NCBI GenBank assembly: GCA_963827685.1
Contig: CAWHBU010000006.1
Span: 32,001 to 96,000 of the forward strand
Origin: an uncultured delta proteobacterium
GTDB lineage: Bacteria > Desulfobacterota > BSN033 > UBA1163
Reading direction: 5' to 3'
Length of the DNA: 64,000 bases
Shown here one piece after another: positions 18,815 to 28,400 of this stretch; the first letter of the stretch is position 1, and each line of letters opens with the position of its first letter. Under the pieces are notes generated by a model, which searched no databases, was not told the origin of the DNA, and saw only the letters and a program-made list of their open reading frames with translations. Position numbers and translations under genes: made by a program.

Positions 18815-20554
18815 ATGAAGAAAAACTTGCTGTTGAACCCGCAAAAGATGGAACAGGTGATGGGCGACAAAAAAACGCAGGATCTGTTCAATCTTACGGT
18901 GGCTTTTTTCGAACAAAAGGGCAACTTTTCAATGCGTATTGACGCAAACTCGAAGCGCCTGCCTACAGACTGGTACCAGTTTATCAAGGAATCCGGCCTC
19001 TTCGCCATGTTGCTGACGCCTGCCGGCTATGGCGATGCCGACGCCCGATGGGATCACTACCGGATCACCTTCGCCAGCGAATTGTTGGGATTTTACGGAC
19101 TTTATCAGTATACCTTCCAGGTTTCCGTCCTTGGCGTGGGGCCTATCTGGATCGGCAGGAACGAGCGCCAAAAACGGGAACTGGCACAACTCCTCAAAGA
19201 AGGTCATGTCTTTGCATTCGGGATGTCAGAACGGAATCACGGCGCCGACCTCTACAGCAATGAAGCCAACATCACGCCGCTCGGAGACGGAAAATACATC
19301 GCCAACGGCGAAAAATACTACATCGGCAACTCTTCCCGTGCGCCCAAGATCAGCGTACTGGGGAAAAATGCGAAGACCGGCGACTTTGTTTTCTGGGTGG
19401 TCGACTCCCGGGATCGGCATTGCAAGTACTGCGGCGATATCGAGGTGGTCGGCATGTTCTCCGGGCAACTGGGAAAGTTTGAGATGATCGAATATCCCAT
19501 TACGGATGCCGACATTCTTGAAACCGGCAAAGCGGCCTTTGAAATGGGTCTTTCCACCGTGAACATCGGTAAGACCCAGACCAGCACGAAGAGCGTCGGC
19601 ATGGCGACACATATGCTGTACGAAGCGGTCACTCATGCTCACAACCGTTATTTGTACGGCAAGCGGGTCACCGATATGCCCCACATCAGAAGGGCGCTAT
19701 TGGAGGCGTGGGCTCGCATCACCATGTCCAGGCTATACTGCTACCGGGCGGTTGACTATTTCCGCCAGGCCGATGCGGAGACGGACCGCCGCTACCTGCT
19801 GTTCCATCCCGTTCAGAAAGCGCGCGCCGCCTCCGAGTGCGACAGGGCGGTCACCATGCTGCACAATGTCATGGCCGCCAAGGCTTATGAAACCGATACC
19901 TTTGCCGAAACAGCCGTACGGCAGATCGGCAACCCGGTTCGCCTCGAAGGTACCGCTCATGTGAATATGTCTCAGGCCGTTAAATTTATCGGCAACTATT
20001 TTAACGGCCATATCGATCTGCCGGAAATTCCCGACGGCAAGATGGTCAAAGACGACAGCCGCAATGTTTTTGTCCAGGGATTTGGCAAAGTAAAGACCAT
20101 CAGATTTGCTGATTACCGCAAGGCCTTTAGAGGGTGTGGATTGTCGAACGTCAAAATTTTCCTGGAACAGGCGGAAGCTTTCAGAGCCTTTAGCGACAAG
20201 AGTCCCATGACCAAAGATCAGGAAGCTAACGCGGACTTCATGCTCAACATCGCCGAAATTTTTGCAACGATCGTTTATGGCCAGCTCGTGTTTGAGAAAG
20301 CCAAGATCGAAGATATCGAGGATATGGTCATTGACCAATTGTTCAGTTATCTTGTGCGTGATATCAATGCTTATGTGATGCGTCAATTGAATGAGTACGC
20401 CGGTCACTTTGAGATGGGTCAGAGAGAGGGACTCTTGGCCGTCATCAGGGACCCTCACATCGATTTTAAGCGCGAAGAAGCCATCCTTCAGGATTATATT
20501 CTTGCCCTTAACGGCGTGTACAGGAGCAAGGGCGGCGTCGTTGTGAACGAATAA
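18815..20554 (+). CDS. Acyl-CoA dehydrogenase (long, 579 aa)
   Basis: FGMSERNHGADL, NGEKYYIGN, RLEGTAHVN. Confidence 0.88.
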   Translation: MKKNLLLNPQKMEQVMGDKKTQDLFNLTVAFFEQKGNFSMRIDANSKRLPTDWYQFIKESGLFAMLLTPAGYGDADARWDHYRITFASELLGFYGLYQYTFQVSVLGVGPIWIGRNERQKRELAQLLKEGHVFAFGMSERNHGADLYSNEANITPLGDGKYIANGEKYYIGNSSRAPKISVLGKNAKTGDFVFWVVDSRDRHCKYCGDIEVVGMFSGQLGKFEMIEYPITDADILETGKAAFEMGLSTVNIGKTQTSTKSVGMATHMLYEAVTHAHNRYLYGKRVTDMPHIRRALLEAWARITMSRLYCYRAVDYFRQADAETDRRYLLFHPVQKARAASECDRAVTMLHNVMAAKAYETDTFAETAVRQIGNPVRLEGTAHVNMSQAVKFIGNYFNGHIDLPEIPDGKMVKDDSRNVFVQGFGKVKTIRFADYRKAFRGCGLSNVKIFLEQAEAFRAFSDKSPMTKDQEANADFMLNIAEIFATIVYGQLVFEKAKIEDIEDMVIDQLFSYLVRDINAYVMRQLNEYAGHFEMGQREGLLAVIRDPHIDFKREEAILQDYILALNGVYRSKGGVVVNE

Positions 20555-20754
20555 CTGTCGCAAAGCGGAAACCGTACACCTTTAAGATCTCGTCCTAGTT
20601 TTCGGTATGTCTGAGGGTGACAACATCTGGATCCTCTCTCCACGCCACACTCCCTCCTTCGCTGGCTAAAGGGGGGACCAGATGCAATATAAAAGTGTGG
20701 GAATGATTCCTCATCGGCTCCGCCGAGAGTGCAGAGCAGCAAGGCGGCAGATAA

Positions 20755-21894
20755 ATGACAGCGATCGGGCAGTTGCAAGAATTCTACACCGAGAGGGGCA
20801 AGCGCGCCAGACAGTTGCACGAGTCGGGCAAGAAAGTGATCGGCTACTTTTGCTGCTTTGTGCCGGATGAGATCATCACCGCCTTCGATATGGTGCCCTA
20901 TCGTATCCAGGGCAGCCAATGCGACCCGATAGACCAAGCGGACGCTTACGTCGAGCCGATGGCCTGCCCTTACGCCAGGAGCTGCTTTAATCTGGCCCTC
21001 AATGGGAAATACGATTTCCTGGACGGTTTCGTGGCCCCCCACAGTTGCGATACGATAGAGCGCATGTATCACATCTGGCGTCATTCTATGCCTGCTCCTT
21101 TTTCCCATTTCATCAATGTCCCCCACATGATGGGACCAAGCTCAGACGAGTTCTACCGCAAGGAATTGGAGTTTTTCATCAAGGGACTTGAGACATGGTC
21201 CGGCAAGAAACTGAATACCGACAAGCTCAGAGGAGCAGTCAGGCTTTACAACGAGCGGCGAGCCGTCCTCAGAGAACTTTACGAATTGAGAAAACCGGAC
21301 CCGCCCCTTGTCTCCGGCACCGAGATCACCGTGGTGCTGGTGGCTGGCATGGGCATTCCCGCGGTGGAGCACATGGAACTTGTAAAAAAATTGATCGCTG
21401 AAATCAAGGCGTGTCCCCGGCCAAAGGCACAGAAGCTTCCCCGCATCTTTCTCTGGGGCAATGAGATAGATGACATTGCCTTCATCAAGCTCATCGAAGA
21501 GAGCGGTGCCTACGTGGTAATGGACGACCTTTGCACCGGCACCCGCTTCTTCTGGGACGACGTTCCGGAAACCAACGATCCCCTGGACGGTATTGTCAGC
21601 CGCTACATCCATACGCATTGCCCGCGGAGCTACATTCCCAAAGCGGAAACTCGACAGAAAGACTTGGAGAACCGTTACGGGTACATCCACCATTTTATCA
21701 AAGAATGGAATGGCAACGGGGTTATCTTCTACATCGTCCGCTACTGCGATACCTGCGAGCTGGAGGGGCCGGACCTGCGCGAATACCTGAACGAAATGAA
21801 ACTGCCGGTGCTGATGATAGAGGATGATTACTCCACGTCCACGATCGGCCAACTCCGCACCCGGGTCCAAGCGTTCCTGGAGATGATTGCTTAA
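20755..21894 (+). CDS. 2-hydroxyacyl-CoA dehydratase / class I benzoyl-CoA reductase subunit (BzdN/BcrC/HgdB-like)
   Basis: GYFCCFVPDEII, CPYARS, HSCD, DDLCTG, YCD, QLRTRVQAFLEM. Confidence 0.88.
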   Translation: MTAIGQLQEFYTERGKRARQLHESGKKVIGYFCCFVPDEIITAFDMVPYRIQGSQCDPIDQADAYVEPMACPYARSCFNLALNGKYDFLDGFVAPHSCDTIERMYHIWRHSMPAPFSHFINVPHMMGPSSDEFYRKELEFFIKGLETWSGKKLNTDKLRGAVRLYNERRAVLRELYELRKPDPPLVSGTEITVVLVAGMGIPAVEHMELVKKLIAEIKACPRPKAQKLPRIFLWGNEIDDIAFIKLIEESGAYVVMDDLCTGTRFFWDDVPETNDPLDGIVSRYIHTHCPRSYIPKAETRQKDLENRYGYIHHFIKEWNGNGVIFYIVRYCDTCELEGPDLREYLNEMKLPVLMIEDDYSTSTIGQLRTRVQAFLEMIA

Positions 21895-21905
21895 GGAGAG
21901 TAACC

Positions 21906-23195
21906 ATGGACGAAAAAGAACGGGCGAAAACAACAGCCGAAAAAGGGACTGAATCTGCCCGCAAGGTCAGGGCCATGGTGAAAAATATTTATCGGAGCGC
22001 CAATGAGGCCAAACCGCAGGGGAAAAAAGTGGCCTATTTCATGGTCGCCTCTCAGTACGATGAAATCGTGCGCGCCATGGACATAGTGCCGCTGCCTACC
22101 GAGAACTACGCCGGCCTGTGCGCAGCCAAACGCGAGATGGACCGCTTTCTTCTTAAGGCAGAGGCGGACGGCTACTCCCAGGTACTCTGCAGCTACGCTC
22201 GTATCGGCCTTGGCTTTGACAGCTTGAGAAAAGACCTGGGTGGTGTGCCGGAAGATTCCCCCGACGGCGGGATGCCTCAGCCAGACATGATGCTCGGTAG
22301 CAGCGGCGTCTGCGACCCGCGTTTTAAGTGGTACCAGGCAGCGGGGCGCTTCATGGAGGTGCCTACCTATAGTATTGATGTGGTATGGCCACCGGTTTTC
22401 AGTGACCTGAACGAGGTGCGCAGTCACTATATCAGATACCAGAAAGAGCAGTTCCATGGTTTGATTGCATTTCTCGAACAGCAGACCGGCAGAAAAATGG
22501 ACGAGGAACGCCTCTGGGAGACCATCCGTCTGGGTGACGAGGCCTGGCGGCTCTGGTACGAGATAGACCGGATGCGCGTGGCCGTGCCCGGCCCCATGCC
22601 AACCCAGGATCACTTCAACGCCATGGTGCCGGCTTACTACTACTGTGGCACCCAGGAGGCCGTGGACTTCTACAACGAGCTCTACGCCGAAGTGAAATCC
22701 AAAGTAGAAAACAAGATAGGGGTGGTCCCAAAAGAAAAGCACCGCATCCTCTATGGCGGCGGGCTTCCCCCATGGCACACCCTTTGGATCTTCAATTACT
22801 TTGAGGGCTTCGGCGCGGTTTTCGTAATTGAAAACGTATACCGCGGTTCTGACCCGGTGGAAGTCCCAAGTCACGTCAAGGACCCTGTTGAATACCTAGC
22901 CTGGCGCTCCTTCCTCCGCCTCACACAACGCCACGAGAAAGCCAAGGCCAATAGCGGTAATCCTATTGTTGAACGTTTACTGGAGATGATCAAGGATTAT
23001 CAGATTGACGGTGTGGTCTTCCACGCCTGCCGCTCCTGTCGGGCCACCACCATCGGGCAGGTGCATATCAAGAACCTGTTAAGCCAGTTTACCGATATCC
23101 CCATGATGCAGCTTGTCTCCGACATGGTAGATCTCAGGGATTACTCGGAAGCGCAGTGGAAGACACAGATCGGCGCCTTCATCGAGGCGCTCTAA
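21906..23195 (+). CDS. 2-hydroxyacyl-CoA dehydratase / class I benzoyl-CoA reductase subunit (BzdO/BcrB/HgdA-like)
   Basis: ENYAGLCAA, LCSYAR, CDPRFKW, HACRSCR, SDMVD. Confidence 0.88.
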   Translation: MDEKERAKTTAEKGTESARKVRAMVKNIYRSANEAKPQGKKVAYFMVASQYDEIVRAMDIVPLPTENYAGLCAAKREMDRFLLKAEADGYSQVLCSYARIGLGFDSLRKDLGGVPEDSPDGGMPQPDMMLGSSGVCDPRFKWYQAAGRFMEVPTYSIDVVWPPVFSDLNEVRSHYIRYQKEQFHGLIAFLEQQTGRKMDEERLWETIRLGDEAWRLWYEIDRMRVAVPGPMPTQDHFNAMVPAYYYCGTQEAVDFYNELYAEVKSKVENKIGVVPKEKHRILYGGGLPPWHTLWIFNYFEGFGAVFVIENVYRGSDPVEVPSHVKDPVEYLAWRSFLRLTQRHEKAKANSGNPIVERLLEMIKDYQIDGVVFHACRSCRATTIGQVHIKNLLSQFTDIPMMQLVSDMVDLRDYSEAQWKTQIGAFIEAL

Positions 23196-23229
23196 ACCGG
23201 CACCGCTTATGCTAAACGCTGCATTAAAA

Positions 23230-23426
23230 AGGTAGTTGGGTATGCCCCCAACCTTTACCAAGCGGTTCCTTACTATGTTTTATGGGTAACATGCGATGTC
23301 ACCTCAGGTGACCTTTGAAATATGTTTGGAAACGGAGTAGCAAAACGTTTAAAGGTCCCGCCCTGCCTTCGCCGGAGCGGCTTCGCGCAGGCAGGTGTAA
23401 AGGTTTCCCAGCACACCCAACTACCT
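23230..23426. repeat. About 200-bp element with imperfect terminal inverted repeats and a nested REP-like hairpin
   Basis: AGGTAGTTGGGTATGC / GCACACCCAACTACCT (15/16) plus AACCTTTAC / GTAAAGGTT. Internal CCTGCCT..AGGCAGG (23362-23395) and GTCACCT-C-AGGTGAC. Confidence 0.7.
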
Positions 23427-23494
23427 CTTAAAATGTTTTTTATTCAACGGTTGGGTTAAGCTCGGCAACCTGACGGAAAGGAACGAAAGACAGA

Positions 23495-24325
23495 ATGCCT
23501 TTTGCCGGCATTGACATCGGCTCCACCATGACCAAGGTGGTCATCATTGACAGGGACGGTATCATTCTATCTTCGGTGATCGGTCCCACCGGCGCCGAAC
23601 ATCGCCATTTGGCCCTCGAGGTCATGGGCGAAGCCATCACGAAAGCAGGCCTTGCCTTTGAGCAGCTTGATTTTATTGTGTCTACAGGCTACGGGCGCAT
23701 CAATGTCCCTTTTAACGATAAACAAATTACAGAGATCACCTGCCACAGCCGGAGCATCCGGGCACTTTTCCCCACCGCGCGCATCATCATCGATATCGGT
23801 GGGCAGGATTCTAAAGGAATCAAGCTGGACAGCGACGGCAAGGTAATGAACTTTATTATGAACGATAAGTGCGCTGCCGGTACCGGCCGTTTCCTCGAAG
23901 TGATTGCCGAAGCCCTGGGTATAGAGCTGACTGAGATGGGAGAGCTTTCTTTAAAGGCCAAGGAATACGTCAAAATTTCCAATACCTGCACCGTCTTTGC
24001 CGAGCATGAAGTGACGACCAGGCTCACAGAGGGAGCAACGATCCCGGAAATTGTAGCCGGCCTGCACGAGGCATTTGCCGCCCGGGTAGTCAATATGGTA
24101 CGGTCTCTTGGCATAGAAAAGGATGTGGTGGTCACGGGCGGGGGAGCCAAGAATATCGGATTGGTCAAAGCCATCGAGGACAAGGTAGGCTTTCCAGTGT
24201 TGGTGCCACCGGAGCCGCTCCTCACAGGTGCCCTGGGAGCAGCCCTGCTGGGCAGGGATTTCGTTGCCCGTGGCGTTACCCCTGATCGCCAGCGAAGATT
24301 AGAAGGAGTTACCTTCTTCAAATGA
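23495..24325 (+). CDS. ASKHA ATPase activase subunit (BcrA/BcrD/BzdPQ/HgdC family)
   Basis: GIDIGST, STGYGR, DIGGQDSK, MNDKCAAGTGRFL, SNTCTVFAE. Confidence 0.92.
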   Translation: MPFAGIDIGSTMTKVVIIDRDGIILSSVIGPTGAEHRHLALEVMGEAITKAGLAFEQLDFIVSTGYGRINVPFNDKQITEITCHSRSIRALFPTARIIIDIGGQDSKGIKLDSDGKVMNFIMNDKCAAGTGRFLEVIAEALGIELTEMGELSLKAKEYVKISNTCTVFAEHEVTTRLTEGATIPEIVAGLHEAFAARVVNMVRSLGIEKDVVVTGGGAKNIGLVKAIEDKVGFPVLVPPEPLLTGALGAALLGRDFVARGVTPDRQRRLEGVTFFK

Positions 24326-25110
24326 GCGATAACCAAAAATATTACGCTGGAGTTGATATCGGCTCTGCATTTATCAAAGCAGTGCTGGCATGCCACAAAC
24401 AAATCATGGCTTCTAAAATTGTGGGCTCTGGGGGCAACTATAAAGAAACGGCGCGGAGAGTTCTTGATGAAGTGCTATCCAAGGCCGGAGTTAGCCGTGA
24501 AAAGCTTTCCGGCATTGTGGTCACAGGTATTGGGGCAGAAAGCGCTCCCTTTCGGGCACGTCAGGTCTCCGATATTTCATGCCAGGCTGTGGGTTGCCGT
24601 TCTCTCTTCTCTTCCGCCCGCATTGTGATAGACATAGGCGGGCAGTTCACCAAGGCCGCCAAGCTGACGCCCAAGGGGAGAATTGCCAACTTTTTGATGA
24701 GCGAGAAGTGTGCCACCGGGTCCGGGCGTTTCTTACAGGTGATTGCCCGCATACTTCGCATCAACATAGAGGACATCGGTCCCCTTTCTCTAAAATCCCA
24801 AACGCCGGTTGAGTTTTCCACCAACTGTGCTGTCTTTGCCGAATCCGAGACTGTCTCCAGGATAGCTGAAGGTGCCCGGATGGAAGACATCCTGGCCGGG
24901 GTGCACCGTGCCATGGCAGCCAAGGTGGCCATGCTGGTGAAAGGGCTGAAAATGGAGCCGGACGTAGTGCTTACCGGCGGCGGGGGTGAGGATGCGGGGC
25001 TTGTCTTAGCCGTCAGCGAAGCGCTTGGAGTGAAAGTACTGGTGCCGGAGCAACCACGACTCACCGCCGCCATGGGCGCGGCCCGCCTTGCGGAAGAAGA
25101 CAAACCTTGA
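24322..25110 (+). CDS. Second ASKHA ATPase activase subunit
   Basis: GVDIGSA, DIGGQFTK, MSEKCATGSGRFL, STNCAVFAESE. ATGA overlap with the previous gene. Confidence 0.92.
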   Translation: MSDNQKYYAGVDIGSAFIKAVLACHKQIMASKIVGSGGNYKETARRVLDEVLSKAGVSREKLSGIVVTGIGAESAPFRARQVSDISCQAVGCRSLFSSARIVIDIGGQFTKAAKLTPKGRIANFLMSEKCATGSGRFLQVIARILRINIEDIGPLSLKSQTPVEFSTNCAVFAESETVSRIAEGARMEDILAGVHRAMAAKVAMLVKGLKMEPDVVLTGGGGEDAGLVLAVSEALGVKVLVPEQPRLTAAMGAARLAEEDKP

Positions 25111-25144
25111 ACCAACGAATACGGCGGAGAAAGGAGAAAAAAAG

Positions 25145-25912
25145 ATGGCGATCTGGGCGGAGATGACCGAAGACTTCAAAACTTTATTGCGACTGAGGAC
25201 TGAGCCGGTCGTTTTCCGCCGGCTGGAGAAAGCCGAAGACCTGGACAAAATCGCGAACGTAGTTCGCGTTAAAAGGGGATTCACTTACTGCCAGGTTCCC
25301 TTCCTGGTGAGAGTGATGGGACAGACCGTGGGAATTACCAAGGAGGACCCGATCGGCAACCGCTGCACCCGGCTTCATGGGCTGCGGCCAGCGACCGAAA
25401 ACAGTATGCAAAACGAGGCGGCGATGCTGTCTGCCACCTGGTTCGCCTCTCCTGAAGAAGCCTTGAAACAGCAACGCGAGACACCGCGCCTTCCCGTTGG
25501 GGAGGCCATCGTTGTCGCTCCCCTGGGAAAGGAGAAGTTTGAACCCGAAGTGGTCTCGATCTACGGCAACCCTGCCCAGGTCATGATGATCCTGTGCGGA
25601 CTGCAGAAAGAGAAATATGAGCGCTTCCAGTTCTTTTTCATCGGCGAAGGTGCCTGTGCCGACTCGCTGGCCCAGTGCTATGTCAGCGGCAAGCCTGCCG
25701 TGGCAATTCCCTGTTATGGTGAGAGGACAATGGGACAGGTGGCGGATGACGAAATCGTCGTCGCTCTGTCGCCGGGGGAGCTCGGGCGCGCTGTTTCGGG
25801 AATGAAGAAACTAGCGAAAATAGGGTTCAAGTACCCGATCCCTTTCATCGGAGGATTGGCCGATCCGACTCCTATCCTCGCCCAGTTTTATCCCGACCGG
25901 GCCAAGAAATAA
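25145..25912 (+). CDS. DUF169 family protein
   Basis: L.L.TEPV, TYCQ, PEVVSIYGNPAQ, GACAD, PCYGER. AAGGAG RBS. Confidence 0.8.
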   Translation: MAIWAEMTEDFKTLLRLRTEPVVFRRLEKAEDLDKIANVVRVKRGFTYCQVPFLVRVMGQTVGITKEDPIGNRCTRLHGLRPATENSMQNEAAMLSATWFASPEEALKQQRETPRLPVGEAIVVAPLGKEKFEPEVVSIYGNPAQVMMILCGLQKEKYERFQFFFIGEGACADSLAQCYVSGKPAVAIPCYGERTMGQVADDEIVVALSPGELGRAVSGMKKLAKIGFKYPIPFIGGLADPTPILAQFYPDRAKK

Positions 25913-26003
25913 TCTGACGGAGAAAAGTGGTTTTTTGCTCTTGACCTTTTTCTTTCCCCTCTGTTAGATGTATTAAGAAAGCGAGATGTCTAAAATACCC
26001 TAA

Positions 26004-26735
26004 ATGGAGTCTGTATCCTTATTCATCCCTTGCACGGTTGACCTTTTCCTTCCCCATATCGGAGAAGCAACAGTCTCCCTCCTCCGCCGGGTGGGGGTCA
26101 ATCCGATCTACCATCAGGAACAAACCTGCTGTGGCCAACCGGCCATCAACGCCGGATATCGTGAACAGGCGAAAAAAACGGCCAAACATTTTATCCAAGT
26201 CTTCGAGGATGACGAAAAGGTAATCAGTCCCTCCGGCTCCTGTGTAGGCATGGTCAAGGTTCACTATCCGGAACTTCTTGCTGAGGAGCCGCAGTGGCGG
26301 AAGCGGGCGGAAGAGCTGAGTCTCCGGGTCTATGAGTTCTCCCAGTACCTGGTCGATATCCTGAAAGTAGAAAATGTCGGCACCTCCTTTGAAGGAAAAG
26401 TGGCCTACCATGAATCCTGTCATATCCTACGCGGCTTGGGAGTTTCCGAACAGCCCAAAAAATTGATCAGTGCGGTTCAAGGGACCCAACTGGTTCCCTT
26501 GAATGCGGCGGATGCTTGCTGTGGGTTCGGAGGGGAGTTTGCCATTGATTATCCCGATATCTCCGAGTCGATGCTCAGGGATAAAGTGGAGAATTACTTA
26601 GCGAGCGGGGCCGACATTCTGCTCCTTTGCGAACCGGGTTGCCTTCTCAATATTGGCGGGTTTCTTAGCAGAAACTTTCCTGGGAAAAAAGTGATGCATC
26701 TGGCCAGTTTTTTAGCCCAACGCCAGGAGATTTGA
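26004..26735 (+). CDS. lutA: LutA/LldE-like CCG-domain Fe-S protein
   Basis: QTCCGQP, SPSGSC, YHESCH, CCGFGG. Confidence 0.88.
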   Translation: MESVSLFIPCTVDLFLPHIGEATVSLLRRVGVNPIYHQEQTCCGQPAINAGYREQAKKTAKHFIQVFEDDEKVISPSGSCVGMVKVHYPELLAEEPQWRKRAEELSLRVYEFSQYLVDILKVENVGTSFEGKVAYHESCHILRGLGVSEQPKKLISAVQGTQLVPLNAADACCGFGGEFAIDYPDISESMLRDKVENYLASGADILLLCEPGCLLNIGGFLSRNFPGKKVMHLASFLAQRQEI

Positions 26736-26926
26736 AAACACAGATGTCACAGAGAAGGTGCGATTCAGCTCTTTGAAACCGAATGGGATTGGCCCAACAG
26801 TTCCCGCCAAGGGCTGGACTTTCAAAGGTTTAGAATGCGGTCTTTTATACTTTTATGGTATTGAAATGGAAGAAGTGAAGGAACGCCGCACTTGGGCTTC
26901 TATGGTTAGATGATTAGAGGAGATGG

Positions 26927-28390
26927 ATGGAAGTTAAGACAGAACAATTTTCGGAGGTAGCCAGGGAGGGGCTGAAGAATGCCCACGCTCATGCCTTCCT
27001 GAAGTTGCGGGCCCCCATGATCCGGATGAGGCGGGAGACTGCGCTTTCAACATTCCCCGACGCTGCCGCAGCCCAGGCCTACGGGGCAGTCATCCGGGGA
27101 GAAGCGATTGCACGGCTTCCTGAACTCTTGGAGGAGTTTGAAAAAAATGCGCTGGCCAACGGAGCTAAAGTTTTTTGGGCCCGGGATGCCAACGAGGCGA
27201 ACCAATACATCGTAAATCTAACCAAGGAGAGGGGAATCAAATATGTGACCAAAGGGAAATCCATGGTGACAGAGGAAATAGGTCTCAATGAAGCTCTGGA
27301 GAAAAATGGCGTGAAGGCCTGGGAGACAGACCTCGGCGAGTTCATCATCCAGCTCTTGCATCTCCCCCCATTCCATATTGTGGGCCCTGCCATTAATGTA
27401 CCCGTCGAAAAGGTGCGGGATCTGTTCATGGAAAAAATCAACCTGAAGGAGCCGACATTGGATCCTATCCAGCTGGGCCATGCAGCTCGGATTTTCCTGC
27501 GGGACAAATTTCACCGGGTCGACATGGGCATTACGGGCGTGAACATAGCGGTAGCTGAAACCGGCACTATTATTAATGTAGAAAACGAAGGAAACATCCG
27601 CTTCACCAAATCATCCCCCCGCACGCAGATATCGGTGATGAGCCTGGAAAAAGTGGTCCCCACTTTGGAGGATGCTCTGCATTTGGTACGGCTCTTGTGT
27701 CGGAACTGTACCGGGCAAAAACTTTCGTGTTATGTTTCGATGGACAGCAGTCCTAAAAAAGGCGGCGAAATGGACGGACCGGAAGAACTCTTCATTGTCA
27801 TTGTCGATAATGGACGGTCCAAAATTTACTATGATGAAATCGCTCGTGAGGCGATGCGTTGCATCCGCTGCGGCGCCTGTTTGAATAGCTGCCCGGTTTA
27901 CCAGCAAATCGGGGGGTATGCCTATGGCTGGGCTTATTCAGGACCTATGGGCCAAGTTCTGAATCCGCTCCTTCTTGGGTTAGAGAGAACGCAGGATCTT
28001 TATCGGGCCACGACCCTTTGTGGGTCTTGCAAAAGCATCTGTCCGGTTGGTATTGATCATCCCAGTCTATTCCTTTATTACCGGGCGAAAGATGTATTGG
28101 GAGATGCAGCCTTGCGGTCCAAAAAACGCCCCGTGATGGAAAGAATTTTTTTCCGGTTATGGACCTGGGCCGTCAGCCGGTCCTGGTTGTGGAATGGGGG
28201 AGTTCGAATGGTCCGGCCTTTCATCAACAAGGAGGCGCATCAAGGAGTGCTCAGCAAAATAAAAGGCCTTTTCGGGGGATGGTTTAGAAGCAGGGATTTG
28301 CCCGCCATGGCTGAAAAGACTTTTCATGATCGTTGGAAAGAAAAACAGAAGGCAGAAGGCAGAAACCAGAAAGCGGAAGGCACGAGATAA
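26927..28390 (+). CDS. lutB: LutB/LldF-like LUD + 4Fe-4S protein
   Basis: KGKSMVTEE, ETDLGEFI, ENEGN, CIRCGACLNSCPVY. Confidence 0.92.
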   Translation: MEVKTEQFSEVAREGLKNAHAHAFLKLRAPMIRMRRETALSTFPDAAAAQAYGAVIRGEAIARLPELLEEFEKNALANGAKVFWARDANEANQYIVNLTKERGIKYVTKGKSMVTEEIGLNEALEKNGVKAWETDLGEFIIQLLHLPPFHIVGPAINVPVEKVRDLFMEKINLKEPTLDPIQLGHAARIFLRDKFHRVDMGITGVNIAVAETGTIINVENEGNIRFTKSSPRTQISVMSLEKVVPTLEDALHLVRLLCRNCTGQKLSCYVSMDSSPKKGGEMDGPEELFIVIVDNGRSKIYYDEIAREAMRCIRCGACLNSCPVYQQIGGYAYGWAYSGPMGQVLNPLLLGLERTQDLYRATTLCGSCKSICPVGIDHPSLFLYYRAKDVLGDAALRSKKRPVMERIFFRLWTWAVSRSWLWNGGVRMVRPFINKEAHQGVLSKIKGLFGGWFRSRDLPAMAEKTFHDRWKEKQKAEGRNQKAEGTR

Positions 28391-28399
28391 GAGGTTTAA
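28344..28399 (+). repeat. Degenerate heptamer tandem array at the lutB-lutC junction
   Basis: aacagaa ggcagaa ggcagaa accagaa agcggaa ggcacga gataaga ggtttaa. Confidence 0.65.
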
Positions 28400-28400
28400 A

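Noticed and set aside
16658-25110. Calling this the canonical bzd/bcr benzoate pathway
   Set aside because: No recognisable Oah ring hydrolase, benzoate-CoA ligase signature or ferredoxin. Orthology cannot be shown by eye.
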